Made by a program: the position numbers and the translations under genes. From contig VMGB01000003.1 of the NCBI GenBank assembly GCA_007376295.1, forward strand, positions 7,106 through 71,105: a stretch of 64,000 nt of DNA, read 5' to 3'. The stretch is from Parcubacteria group bacterium Gr01-1014_13 (lineage in GTDB: Bacteria; Patescibacteriota; Patescibacteriia; Magasanikbacterales; GWA2-37-8). Below the pieces are notes generated by a model. It saw only the letters and a program-made list of their open reading frames with translations, had not been told where the DNA came from and did no database searches. This document shows positions 52,178 through 61,760 of this stretch, piece after piece (positions within the stretch are counted from its first letter, which is position 1; every line of letters begins with the position of its first letter).

Positions 52178-52714
52178 TCACTTACCATTAGAGTGGACCA
52201 CGATCGCTCTGACAAGCTTGGATTCACCTCTGCGGTAACGCCCTATCCGAACTAACCATATGCCATACATGATTGCCGGAGAAATGAGCATACCTCCGCC
52301 AGCAAACGAGAGAAACCAATCATATCCATTTCGTGGATACGAAACGAATAAAATGAGCATTAAATTCCAAGCAACAAAAGCGCCGAAAGACAGAATAGCA
52401 AGAACCTTCGTGCAAGGTTGCTCTGGAAGTTTGTTGGCTTTCATTGATTGAAAATGGACCACTGCCTTTGGCAACTTCACTTTTGGTAATTGTGATTGGC
52501 GACGCGTCTTGATTTTATTAACTAGTAACGCAACAGACAAGCCGAGAGAGGCCAAGACGCAACCAGCAAGAAAAAGTAGCATTATCCAAGTGGTATCATC
52601 ATAGAAACCACAGAATTTTACCGCTAGAAGAAAAAGAACTAAAAACATTAGCGCTGAGGCGAGATAACCGTATAACAGATTCTTCATATCATACATCACG
52701 TCTCCGGTAATCAT
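52178..52714 (-). CDS. Small membrane protein of the paralog family: an internal duplication of [2 TM + basic KLPKAVVHF-like motif]
   Basis: RRQSQLPKVKLPKAVVHF after TM2. RRGESKLVRAIVVHS after TM4. Confidence 0.45.
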   Translation of the reverse strand: MITGDVMYDMKNLLYGYLASALMFLVLFLLAVKFCGFYDDTTWIMLLFLAGCVLASLGLSVALLVNKIKTRRQSQLPKVKLPKAVVHFQSMKANKLPEQPCTKVLAILSFGAFVAWNLMLILFVSYPRNGYDWFLSFAGGGMLISPAIMYGIWLVRIGRYRRGESKLVRAIVVHSNGK

Positions 52715-52834
52715 GATTTTTCCCCTTGTTGACTATTTGATTGTTCTTATATCACAACCGATACAAAAAGTCAATATTAAAAATCCCGCACCCCTCGAAA
52801 GGAATACGGGACAAAGCACTGGTGTTCGCGCTAA

Positions 52835-53236
52835 TCAATCGGCAACATTCGCTGCTTCCATATACTGCTTGAACAGCTTATACAGTTCCTTGACACAAAA
52901 GATCAACGAGCTGCTAACTACGAAACCACCCAACGCCCAACCTAGTGACATGTTATAATCTCGAAAACCTTCTACCCACCAGGATGGTAGTAGGAGCAAA
53001 CTTCCAACAGTGGCCGTCAAAATAACTGCCAATGAGAGAAAATACCTGAGAGAAAGTGGCTTGTAAGCGCACAGTACTCTCGGAATGTCTAACATACACC
53101 AAAACGTACCTAATACGACTCCTTCGAAAAATGAAGCAAACCATCTCTCCGTAACTCCTGAAATTAAGAGAAGTAAAGAAAATAGGACTGCAAACATGAC
53201 ACCAACGACAACAGACGAAATAATGAGCTTTTTCAT
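52835..53236 (-). CDS. Small 4-TM membrane protein
   Basis: ORF with AGGAGGAAA RBS and the shared promoter cassette. Confidence 0.4.
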   Translation of the reverse strand: MKKLIISSVVVGVMFAVLFSLLLLISGVTERWFASFFEGVVLGTFWCMLDIPRVLCAYKPLSLRYFLSLAVILTATVGSLLLLPSWWVEGFRDYNMSLGWALGGFVVSSSLIFCVKELYKLFKQYMEAANVAD

Positions 53237-53339
53237 GGGTTTCCTCCTGCATACTTATTATCACATAAAAGATGAAAAGTCAATATAAAAATAAAGCTGC
53301 CCCGAGGTCGGGACAGCGATGACGAAATGTCTTACGAAA

Positions 53340-53612
53340 CTACGGACGAAAATGGACCACTGCCTTTGGCAACTTCACTTTTGACAAGTGTAGTTGGCGA
53401 CGCATCTGAATTTTAACTACCAACAATTCAATGAGCACCCGCGAGGTTGCCGTGACGTAGATAATTAAAGAAAGAAGCATGATGGCAGTAAAGCCGTCAA
53501 TGAGGCCAAAAATTCTGATAGAAAAGGGACAACCAATTAATAACAATAGCGTAGGAACACCAAAACCGAATAAAAGGCACTTCGCATCATACCGCCTATT
53601 TTGCAGAGTCAT
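53340..53612 (-). CDS. Half-length paralog (2 TM + RRQLHLSKVKLPKAVVHF, ending right at the motif). Possibly truncated.
   Basis: About 70 bp of its DNA is near-identical to 52449-52520. Confidence 0.35.
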   Translation of the reverse strand: MTLQNRRYDAKCLLFGFGVPTLLLLIGCPFSIRIFGLIDGFTAIMLLSLIIYVTATSRVLIELLVVKIQMRRQLHLSKVKLPKAVVHFRP

Positions 53613-53728
53613 GGGGTTTCTCCTGACTGAATTGTCTAATTGTTTTTATATCACTCCAGAAGCCAAATGTCAAGCTTAAAAAAGCTGCCCCAGGGTTGGG
53701 ACAGCGATGATGTTCGTCAAATGTTGAG

Positions 53729-54151
53729 CTAATCAAGTTTGTGGCGTTTGAGTTCCTCGACGGTACCCTTCCAGCCCAAAAACTTTTTAATTCCTTGCAA
53801 ATTAACTGATACTATTTTAGTTGTCGGCGAAGCTGGCGGAACATATTTCTTGAGCTTATCCACTCCCAACACTTTGAGATGATTGTGTGGAAAACGCGCG
53901 ACTGCCTTTGGCAGTTTCCTAGACTGTCGACGACGATGCACCGCCGCCCAAATTAAGGATGACGACAGATAAGTCGCGCATGATAGCAATAAAATGAACG
54001 CGTATGAGAACACAAGATAATGGAAGCAAACGAGAACATTAGAAGCCGTGCCTATAGGGAAAAAATAGAAAGAGAGCTCCCCGGCTAAGTAGCTACCGAC
54101 TATTGCGCTGGGTACAATACGCCAGCTGAGCAGAGTATCCAAATATCTCAT
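53729..54151 (-). CDS. Paralog-family membrane protein (RRRQSRKLPKAVARF)
   Basis: Shared motif after TM helices. Confidence 0.4.
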   Translation of the reverse strand: MRYLDTLLSWRIVPSAIVGSYLAGELSFYFFPIGTASNVLVCFHYLVFSYAFILLLSCATYLSSSLIWAAVHRRRQSRKLPKAVARFPHNHLKVLGVDKLKKYVPPASPTTKIVSVNLQGIKKFLGWKGTVEELKRHKLD

Positions 54152-54186
54152 TGAGTTCCTCCTTGTTGAACTTGTTGATCGCGAGT

Positions 54187-54480
54187 TTACCTTGCGCGAT
54201 TTGGCGCAAGATTTTTAATCAGCCGGCGATGGTGCCTGGCGTCCTGAACCAAGTCCAAAGCGCTAATCAAAGGAAACCATAGAATGACGAATACGCCAAA
54301 TGCTACACTAAGAAACCAGAGGCCGAGCAAGATTTTAGAAAGCACAACGAAACCGCCGCTGCTTAGGTCGTTACTCTCGCAAACGAAAGTAGAGAAAAGG
54401 AAAGCAATGTCGCTTCCCAAGAGAAAATAGGCAAAAAAACATAATGCCATGCCCAACAAACCAAACATGATATCCTTCAT
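54187..54480 (-). CDS. Small 3-TM membrane protein with a basic tail
   Basis: ORF only. Confidence 0.35.
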   Translation of the reverse strand: MKDIMFGLLGMALCFFAYFLLGSDIAFLFSTFVCESNDLSSGGFVVLSKILLGLWFLSVAFGVFVILWFPLISALDLVQDARHHRRLIKNLAPNRAR

Positions 54481-54603
54481 TGTTTTCTCCTCTATACGTT
54501 ATATATCACGCTGAAGAAGAAAGGTCAACCATGCACCAGAGCAAGCTCAATGCATGGTAAATGCAAAAAAATCCCGCCTTCCGAAGAAGAACGGGACGAA
54601 CCA

Positions 54604-55182
54604 TTATTTTCTCTTTACCATCCGGCACTCATGATGCAAACGGCACATCATTTCAATATCCAGAGGCGTAACGACAGTCGGTAGCTTATATGACATTACT
54701 GAACCTGTGCCTTCGGGCACATCATTATCATCCCGACCGAGCACATGCCCAAACTCGTGCGCCATTCTACGAGGCGTAATCGTAAACGAATTGTCAAACA
54801 CAATCTCGGGCGATGAGTATGATGAGGATGATGCCCCATAAGCATAACAGGCGAAGCTGCCCTCGCCACAGAAACCTGCCTCAATCTTTAAATAGATAAC
54901 ATCCTCGTTTACTCGATTCGAAGGCAGATTGTTCTTTGAGTAAAGGATAACTGCCCGAGGATGATTGGCCTTGCCGAAATAATCGAACCATTGCTTGACA
55001 CCATCATTGATCTGCTGGACCCGGGAAGCGCGGCAAGCTTCGTAGCCTGTGGGATCTTGCTCACAGCCAGACCAAAAACTTTGCTCTGTCACCATATAGA
55101 TAGGATGGCGCAAATCAAAATATGGAACCCCACCACAACTGCAAATTGCAACAAGCGCAATAGCGATGAAAAAAGAACGCAT
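54604..55182 (-). CDS. Lipoprotein metzincin, snapalysin (M7)-like zinc metalloprotease
   Basis: Lipobox AICSC. HEFGHVLGRDD (HExxHxxGxxD) and Met-turn SVMSY. Confidence 0.6.
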   Translation of the reverse strand: MRSFFIAIALVAICSCGGVPYFDLRHPIYMVTEQSFWSGCEQDPTGYEACRASRVQQINDGVKQWFDYFGKANHPRAVILYSKNNLPSNRVNEDVIYLKIEAGFCGEGSFACYAYGASSSSYSSPEIVFDNSFTITPRRMAHEFGHVLGRDDNDVPEGTGSVMSYKLPTVVTPLDIEMMCRLHHECRMVKRK

Positions 55183-55200
55183 GAAACACCTCCTCTACTT

Positions 55201-55809
55201 TCATTTTACCATCCGGCATTCAAAATGCAAACGACACATTATTTCGATATCCAAAGGCAAAACATTGGTCGGAGTCTTATATGACATGACCGAGCCCGTA
55301 CCTTCCGGAACATCATTATCATCTCTACCAAGAGCGTGTCCAAACTCATGCGCCATGATACGAGGTGTGATCCGCGACGAACCATCAAACACAATCTCTG
55401 GTATCTTGTGTCTGTAGCAGGCCACATAGCTCCCTCCCAGCTTTTCCTTGCCGCATTCACCCCCAGGATCAATACCCAGATGGATGACTCTGTTTTTCGG
55501 ATTTGACGGCAGTTCTTCCTCAGAAAAAAAGATCGCTACCTCGGGACGATCGGCCTTATCAAAATAATCAAACCACTGCTGGACACCCTCGTTAATCTGC
55601 TTGACCCGCAACGCACGACAAATGTCATCGCCTGCCGGATCTTTGTCACAACCCAACCACAAGCTTTTGTCTGCCAACATATAGACTGGGTGGCGCAAAT
55701 CAAGATATAGAGCTGAGGTTCTAAAAACTGAAGGGCGCAAATCAGGGTGCTGAGTACTACTACAGCCACAAACCAAGAATAGCCCGATGGCGATTAAAAA
55801 AGAACGCAT
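55201..55809 (-). CDS. Paralogous lipoprotein snapalysin-like metzincin
   Basis: Lipobox LVCGC. HEFGHALGRDD + SVMSY. The 3' ends of the two genes are near-identical at DNA level. Confidence 0.6.
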   Translation of the reverse strand: MRSFLIAIGLFLVCGCSSTQHPDLRPSVFRTSALYLDLRHPVYMLADKSLWLGCDKDPAGDDICRALRVKQINEGVQQWFDYFDKADRPEVAIFFSEEELPSNPKNRVIHLGIDPGGECGKEKLGGSYVACYRHKIPEIVFDGSSRITPRIMAHEFGHALGRDDNDVPEGTGSVMSYKTPTNVLPLDIEIMCRLHFECRMVK

Positions 55810-55959
55810 GTACTACCTCTTTTCTGACTATTATATATAGTACCACAATTTCTAAGGCTGAACCGAATAAGAAAGCTTCGTTTTCTTATTCGTGAGGCCT
55901 GACGAAATTGCAAAGCTATGCTTCAAAAAACAAAATAGGCTCAACAAATAATCAAATTT

Positions 55960-55991
55960 TAGGCCTTGCCCATTATAGGGATATATGATAA
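55960..55991 (+). promoter_or_regulatory. Candidate gyrB promoter TTGCCC-17-TAAAAT
   Basis: Read directly. Confidence 0.35.
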
Positions 55992-56039
55992 AATATCACT
56001 ACAAAATTGTTTAAAATTTGTAATTAGAAATTTGATGTT

Positions 56040-59000
56040 ATGCCTATAAAAAGAGTCTCTAAAGGAAGGATAATCCCAGAAAAAAAACCAGTAAAATCTT
56101 TAAAACCCAAAGTTAAAAAGATTTCCGCGCCTGCTCCTAAACCAACTCCCGCCCCCGCTAAAGTTATGGCAAACAAACCAAAAGCGAAAGTTTCCGACAA
56201 AGCTGATGCCAGCTATAGCGCCAAAAATATTACAATTTTAGAAGGTCTGGAAGCCGTACGCCGCCGTCCGGGCATGTATATTGGCTCCACTGGTCCGGTA
56301 GGTCTTCATCACCTAATTTGGGAAGTAGTAGACAACTCTATCGACGAAGCGATGGCTGGTTTTTGTACGCAAATTAACATCACTCTTTTGCCAGATCATT
56401 ATATAGAAGTAAAAGACAATGGTCGTGGTATCCCTGTAGATATTCATCCGCAAACCGGTGTCAGCGCTTTAGAAGTTGTACTTACCAAACTGCACGCTGG
56501 TGGTAAATTTGATGCTGGCAGTTATAAAGTTTCTGGTGGTTTGCACGGCGTGGGTGTTTCGGTAGTCAACGCTTTATCCACACACGTTAAAGCCGAAGTG
56601 CATCGCGACGGCAAAGTTTGGTTGCAAGAATATAAAAATGGCGGTAATCCGGTAAAAAAAGTTCATCAAATTGGTACTACCAAAGACCGCGGTACAATAA
56701 TTACTTTCCGAGCTGACGACACTATTTTTGAAACCATTGATTACGAATGGAAAACTATTATCGATCACGTTCGCCAACAAGTCTATCTGTCCAAAGGTAT
56801 TCGTATTGCTATAACCGATAAAAGAACTGGCGCGGAAAAAGATGCGGACAAAACTGCTTTGCCATTCCCCAACCCAACTTATCAATTTTACTTTGAAGGC
56901 GGTATCGCTTCATATGTTCGCCACCTAAACCAAAACAAAGAAGTCAAAAACGAAAATGTTTTTTATGTAGAAAAGGTACACGAAGATGTAAAAGTAGAAA
57001 TCGCTTTACAATACAGCGATGAATTTACTGAATCTTTGTTTGCTTTTACTAATAATATTTACAATCCTGAAGGCGGCACGCATGTGGCTGGTTTTCGTAC
57101 AGCCCTGACCCGAAGTTTAAACAGCTATGCGCGCAACAAAAATATTTTAAAAGAAAAAGACAGCAACCTGACTGGTGAAGACGTACGGGAAGGTTTAAAC
57201 TGTATAATTTCTGTCAAAGTTACTGAACCGCAATTTGAAGGTCAAACCAAAGCCAAATTAGGAAACACCGAAGTAAAAACTGCGGTTGAAGCCGTGATGA
57301 ATGATGAATTTTTGGTCTTCCTGGAAGAACACCCGAAGGATGCCGAAGGCATCGTTGGTAAATGTTTGCTCGCTGCCCGCGCTCGCAATGCGGCTAAAAT
57401 CGCCCGCGATACTATTTTGCGTAAAGGTGCTTTGGAAGGATTTACTCTGCCTGGAAAATTAGCAGACTGCAGCAGCCGACGCGCCGAAGAATCTGAATTG
57501 TTCATTGTGGAGGGAGATAGTGCGGGTGGATGTTGGGATGGAAATACACTAGTTGCGCTTGCTGATGGCAGAGCCTTGAGTTTTAAAGAAATTATAAAAG
57601 AACAATCTGAAGGCAAAGAACATTTCTGTTATACCATAAGAAATGATGGAAAAATTGGCTTAGAAAGAATTATTAATCCGCGCCGAACAAAAACAAACGC
57701 TACGGTTATTAAAATCACTCTTGATAATGGAGAAATTTTAACTTGCACACCGGACCATCTTTTTATGACACGAGATGGAAGTTATAAACAAGCCCAACTT
57801 TTGACTGCGAAAGACTCTTTAATGCCACTATACAAAAAAATCTCGAATAAAAAAGAAAGGGGCATCACCATTGACGGGTATGAAATGGTGTGGGATCCAA
57901 AATCTGATTCCTGGCTATTTACGCACATGCTAGCTGACTGGTACAACAGATGGAAAGGTGTTTATAAAACTACAGATGGCGATCACCGCCATCACATGGA
58001 CTTCAACAAACGTAACAACAACCCTTCAAACTTGCTTAGGATCTCAAAAGAATCCCATTTGGAATTACATAGAAAACATGTAAGCAAAACATTGCATAGA
58101 CCGGATGTTATTGAAAAATGCAGAAAAATAAAACAGGATCCACAATTTCGAACAGCAATGAGCGCGCGCATGAAGCAGCCGGAAACAGCGGCTTTGCTTT
58201 CAAAAAATGCAAAAAAACAATGGCAAAATACAGAATACAAGAATTACATGACCAAAAAATTCTTAGAATTCTATAATAACAACGAAGAATACCGCCAAAA
58301 AAATAACGAGTTGCTGAATAAAGCCCAACAGAAGTATTGGAGCGATGAAGTAAACAAAATCAATCAAGCCGAGAGGGTTACAAAATTCTTTGAGGAGCAT
58401 CCTTATAGAAAGGAATGGTTAAGAGAACTAGCCGCGGCGCAATGGAATGACTCAGACTTAAAACAATGGCGTTCCGAAAAAACAAAGGAGCAATGGACGC
58501 TGGAATTCCGCACCAAACGACGTGAAGCATATAACCAGACTTACCTCCAGAACAGTTTGGCGTTTGCCAAAAAAATCTTGGAGCAGGGTCAGGATTTATT
58601 TGTGACATATAATCTGACCCGAAAAAATCTGCCGAAACGCGACAATAATATAGTCAAACTAGAAACTCTGCTTGACCGATTTTTTGCCGGAGATAAAAAT
58701 CGTCTACTTGAAGCCACAACTAACTTCAATCATAAAATAACAAAGATTGAAAAGGTAAAAGAAAAAATTGATGTATATGACATTGAAGTCCCAGGAACTC
58801 ACAATTTTGCGCTTGCTTCCGGAATATTCGTGCATAATAGTGCCAAGCAAGGACGTGACCGTGAACACCAAGCCATCTTGCCTCTGCGCGGTAAAGTTCT
58901 TAATGTTGAACGCGCTCGTTTAGATAAAATTCTCACCAACAACGAATTAAAATCACTCATCATTGCTATGGGCACAAATATTGGCGAAGCGCTTGATATT

Positions 59001-59570
59001 TCCAAACTTCGTTATCATCGCGTAATCATCATGACCGATGCTGATGTCGATGGCGCGCATATCCGTACTCTTCTGCTTACATTTTTCTATCGTTACTACC
59101 CAACGCTAATTACCGGTGGACATATTTTGATTGCCCAGCCGCCGCTATATAGTTTGAAGTATGGCAAGAACATGAAGTACGCTTATAACGACGAAGAAAA
59201 AGAAAAAATACTTCTTGAAATTAAAAATACATCTTCTGCCAATTCCTCTGCTAAAGCTGCGGCTAAAAAAGCAATGGTAGGAGCGTCATCTCCAGAAGAA
59301 GCTGGAGAAACTGCTGAAGGCGAAGTTCAAGGATTAGAAATAAATGGCATTAAAGTAAATATTCAGCGCTATAAAGGTTTGGGTGAAATGAACCCTGAAC
59401 AACTTTGGGAAACTACCATGAACCCAAAAAATCGCATGATGAAAAGAGTGACTATTGAAGACGCTGAACTGGCCAATGAAGTTTTTGAAATCCTAATGGG
59501 TGATGAAGTAGCTCCACGCAAAAAATTCATCCAAACTCATGCCAAATCAGTAAGTAATTTGGATATTTAA
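56040..59570 (+). CDS. gyrB: DNA gyrase subunit B interrupted by an in-frame intein, with a K/P-rich N-terminal extension
   Basis: GHKL ATPase motifs. Toprim EGDSAGG...SAKQGRDR is split by a 436-aa insert. Confidence 0.9.
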   Translation: MPIKRVSKGRIIPEKKPVKSLKPKVKKISAPAPKPTPAPAKVMANKPKAKVSDKADASYSAKNITILEGLEAVRRRPGMYIGSTGPVGLHHLIWEVVDNSIDEAMAGFCTQINITLLPDHYIEVKDNGRGIPVDIHPQTGVSALEVVLTKLHAGGKFDAGSYKVSGGLHGVGVSVVNALSTHVKAEVHRDGKVWLQEYKNGGNPVKKVHQIGTTKDRGTIITFRADDTIFETIDYEWKTIIDHVRQQVYLSKGIRIAITDKRTGAEKDADKTALPFPNPTYQFYFEGGIASYVRHLNQNKEVKNENVFYVEKVHEDVKVEIALQYSDEFTESLFAFTNNIYNPEGGTHVAGFRTALTRSLNSYARNKNILKEKDSNLTGEDVREGLNCIISVKVTEPQFEGQTKAKLGNTEVKTAVEAVMNDEFLVFLEEHPKDAEGIVGKCLLAARARNAAKIARDTILRKGALEGFTLPGKLADCSSRRAEESELFIVEGDSAGGCWDGNTLVALADGRALSFKEIIKEQSEGKEHFCYTIRNDGKIGLERIINPRRTKTNATVIKITLDNGEILTCTPDHLFMTRDGSYKQAQLLTAKDSLMPLYKKISNKKERGITIDGYEMVWDPKSDSWLFTHMLADWYNRWKGVYKTTDGDHRHHMDFNKRNNNPSNLLRISKESHLELHRKHVSKTLHRPDVIEKCRKIKQDPQFRTAMSARMKQPETAALLSKNAKKQWQNTEYKNYMTKKFLEFYNNNEEYRQKNNELLNKAQQKYWSDEVNKINQAERVTKFFEEHPYRKEWLRELAAAQWNDSDLKQWRSEKTKEQWTLEFRTKRREAYNQTYLQNSLAFAKKILEQGQDLFVTYNLTRKNLPKRDNNIVKLETLLDRFFAGDKNRLLEATTNFNHKITKIEKVKEKIDVYDIEVPGTHNFALASGIFVHNSAKQGRDREHQAILPLRGKVLNVERARLDKILTNNELKSLIIAMGTNIGEALDISKLRYHRVIIMTDADVDGAHIRTLLLTFFYRYYPTLITGGHILIAQPPLYSLKYGKNMKYAYNDEEKEKILLEIKNTSSANSSAKAAAKKAMVGASSPEEAGETAEGEVQGLEINGIKVNIQRYKGLGEMNPEQLWETTMNPKNRMMKRVTIEDAELANEVFEILMGDEVAPRKKFIQTHAKSVSNLDI
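57531..58838 (+). mobile_element. GyrB intein (436 aa) with an HNH homing-endonuclease domain
   Basis: Starts with Cys (CWDGNTLVALADG). Ends ...GIFVHN followed by Ser(+1). Internal DHRHHMDFNKRNNNPSNLL...HLELH HNH motif. Confidence 0.75.
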
Positions 59571-59587
59571 CCTATTCACAGCACCCC

Positions 59588-59616
59588 TTGACATTTCCTC
59601 TAAAGTAAGGTATTAT
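59588..59616 (+). promoter_or_regulatory. Promoter TTGACA-17-TATTAT upstream of secE-nusG-rplK
   Basis: Read directly. A GNRA-loop hairpin (ACAGCC-GCAA-GGCTGT + TTTT) follows at 59634-59653 and may be the gyrB terminator or an attenuator. Confidence 0.45.
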
Positions 59617-59667
59617 TACTTCATCAAATACAAGACAGCCGCAAGGCTGTTTTAAAATCCAAAATAT

Positions 59668-59856
59668 ATGATAAACGCGATCAAAAACTATTTTGTCGGA
59701 GCTTTTCAAGAAATGAGAAAGGTCACCTGGCCTACCAAAAGCCAAACCATCAACTACAGTATTATGGTATTAGCTCTCAGTATTGGCATGGCATTATTTT
59801 TCGGACTACTAGACTATATTTTTAACTCAGTCATAACTACATTCTTTTTAAGATAA
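59668..59856 (+). CDS. secE: Preprotein translocase subunit SecE
   Basis: 62 aa with a single TM. Conserved position before nusG. Confidence 0.7.
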   Translation: MINAIKNYFVGAFQEMRKVTWPTKSQTINYSIMVLALSIGMALFFGLLDYIFNSVITTFFLR

Positions 59857-59857
59857 T

Positions 59858-60403
59858 ATGGCAAAACAGACCCTGAATTTAGGTAAACGTTGGTACGTGC
59901 TACACACTTACAGCGGCTACGAAGAAAACGTAAAAAGCAATCTGGAACAACGCACAGAGTCTTTTGCCATGCAAGATAAAATTTTTAATATTTTAGTTCC
60001 GAAAGAAAAGAAAATAAAAATCAAAAACAGCAAACGTTCAGTTGTGGAAGAAAAAATGTTTCCTGGTTACGTCTTAGTAGAAATGATCGTTACCGATGAT
60101 TCTTGGTATGTAGTACGTAATACACCTAATGTTACCGGATTCGTTGGTTCAGGTACTACCCCAACACCGATCGATCAAGCCGAGGTTGATGGTCTAGTAA
60201 AAAGAATGTCTGCTTCTGAACCACAACACAAAATTGATTTTGAAATTAACGAATCAGTACGCATTACCGATGGACCATTCAAAAACTTTGAAGGTAAAGT
60301 TAGCAATGTTGATCAGGAAAGAGGCAAAGTTAAAGTTCTTATCACCATGTTTGGTCGCGAAACTCCGGTAGAACTGGATGCAATGCAGGTTAAAAAAGCT
60401 TAA
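59858..60403 (+). CDS. nusG: Transcription termination/antitermination factor NusG
   Basis: NGN domain (WYVLHTYSGYE) plus KOW. Confidence 0.9.
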   Translation: MAKQTLNLGKRWYVLHTYSGYEENVKSNLEQRTESFAMQDKIFNILVPKEKKIKIKNSKRSVVEEKMFPGYVLVEMIVTDDSWYVVRNTPNVTGFVGSGTTPTPIDQAEVDGLVKRMSASEPQHKIDFEINESVRITDGPFKNFEGKVSNVDQERGKVKVLITMFGRETPVELDAMQVKKA

Positions 60404-60460
60404 TTAATTGTTTACGGATTGGTTCCTTCCAGGGACGCTTCTCAATCCAAATTAAATCAT

Positions 60461-60886
60461 ATGGCCAAGAAAATTACAGCACAGATCAAATTGCAGATTA
60501 TGGGCGGAGCCGCTAACCCAGCGCCACCAGTCGGTCCGGCGTTAGGTCAGCACGGTGTAAACATCCAAAGTTTCTGCAAAGAATTCAACGACAAAACTCA
60601 AGATAAAAAAGGTGAAGTAGTGCCAATTATCATTTCCGTTTACGAAGACCGAAGTTTTACCTTCATCATGAAGACTCCTCCGGTTCCGGAATTGATCAAA
60701 AAAGCTGCCAACATTTCCAAAGGTTCAGCAAAACCTTTACAAGAAAAAGTTGGTAAAATAACTAAAGCACAAGTACGCCAAATTGCTGAAAAGAAAATGC
60801 CGGACCTAAACGCTCACACTGTGGAAGCTGCCATGAGTATGGTGGAAGGTACAGCACGAAATATGGGAGTAACGGTTGAAGGTTAA
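60461..60886 (+). CDS. rplK: 50S ribosomal protein L11
   Basis: [34 protein letters not shown] is canonical L11. Confidence 0.9.
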   Translation: MAKKITAQIKLQIMGGAANPAPPVGPALGQHGVNIQSFCKEFNDKTQDKKGEVVPIIISVYEDRSFTFIMKTPPVPELIKKAANISKGSAKPLQEKVGKITKAQVRQIAEKKMPDLNAHTVEAAMSMVEGTARNMGVTVEG

Positions 60887-60902
60887 AAAATATTTTAAAC
60901 AA

Positions 60903-60938
60903 AAAATCGAGTGATAAACTCGATTTTTTGTTTTTACT
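60903..60938 (+). terminator. Terminator AATCGAGT-GATAA-ACTCGATT + T-run
   Basis: Read directly. Confidence 0.7.
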
Positions 60939-60988
60939 TTACCTCCCCACTCATTGTACTTTTTTATTATTTCCGTTTTCCTTTTTAA

Positions 60989-61717
60989 TTATTTAATCTG
61001 GGTAAAAATACTTTGAGCTTGTAATATATATTTATCTGATTCACGCATTTTTTCAGAACAAGAGTCAAGTGCTTGTTTAAAAATTTCTAAATACTTTTCT
61101 CGGTCATCAAGTTTAGTGGAATTATTATAGGAGTTGAGGCTGTCTGATAAGTTTATGCAGTGTTGACTAGCTTGAATCCGAGCATCAGTTGCAGAATATA
61201 GCAAATTTTTTAAGTCAACAATCTTATCTAAATTAAAACTATTGAAATTTTTAATTTGTTCTCGAGAACTTTGAAAACCAGTTAAGGCAAGGGTGAAGAA
61301 ATTTTTTGCCGATAATGCGTTCTGAGTATTTTCCGAGGATAATTTTAATCCACTTTCAAAATTCTTTAGAGCTGCCGAATATGAGTAATTAAAATCATTA
61401 TACGCATTATTAAATTGAATAAAATCAGTCTTATTTTTTTGAAGCACTTGTTCAGAGGTGGTTGGTAGCGGGGTAGTTTGAGCAACTTGTTCAATTACCT
61501 TTTCTATCGTTTTCACAGGTTTCGGTGTAGGAATAATCTTTGAAACAGGGGGTGTAATTTCTGTTTTTAATCGCTCTGTAGAACTAGCCTGTTCTTGAAT
61601 AGCAAAGATTAACTTATCAATTTGCTCTTGTTGTTTCTGAATAGTCAGATCCTTCTGGTTTTTACATCCAGCCCCCAATAAAAATAACCCCACTAAAATT
61701 AGTAATATTTGTTTCAT
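60989..61717 (-). CDS. Hypothetical lipoprotein
   Basis: Lipobox LLGAGC. Helical Q/K-rich mature part. Confidence 0.45.
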   Translation of the reverse strand: MKQILLILVGLFLLGAGCKNQKDLTIQKQQEQIDKLIFAIQEQASSTERLKTEITPPVSKIIPTPKPVKTIEKVIEQVAQTTPLPTTSEQVLQKNKTDFIQFNNAYNDFNYSYSAALKNFESGLKLSSENTQNALSAKNFFTLALTGFQSSREQIKNFNSFNLDKIVDLKNLLYSATDARIQASQHCINLSDSLNSYNNSTKLDDREKYLEIFKQALDSCSEKMRESDKYILQAQSIFTQIK

Positions 61718-61760
61718 ATAAATCTAAACTAACACAAAAACCCACTCCCGTCAATGAACA

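Noticed and set aside
52060-53720. Repeated hairpin-containing intergenic units of about 60 bp were considered as a possible CRISPR array.
   Set aside because: The repeats are imperfect and longer than CRISPR repeats. They are separated by genes of 270-540 bp rather than 30-40 bp spacers. Each copy is a terminator plus promoter cassette.
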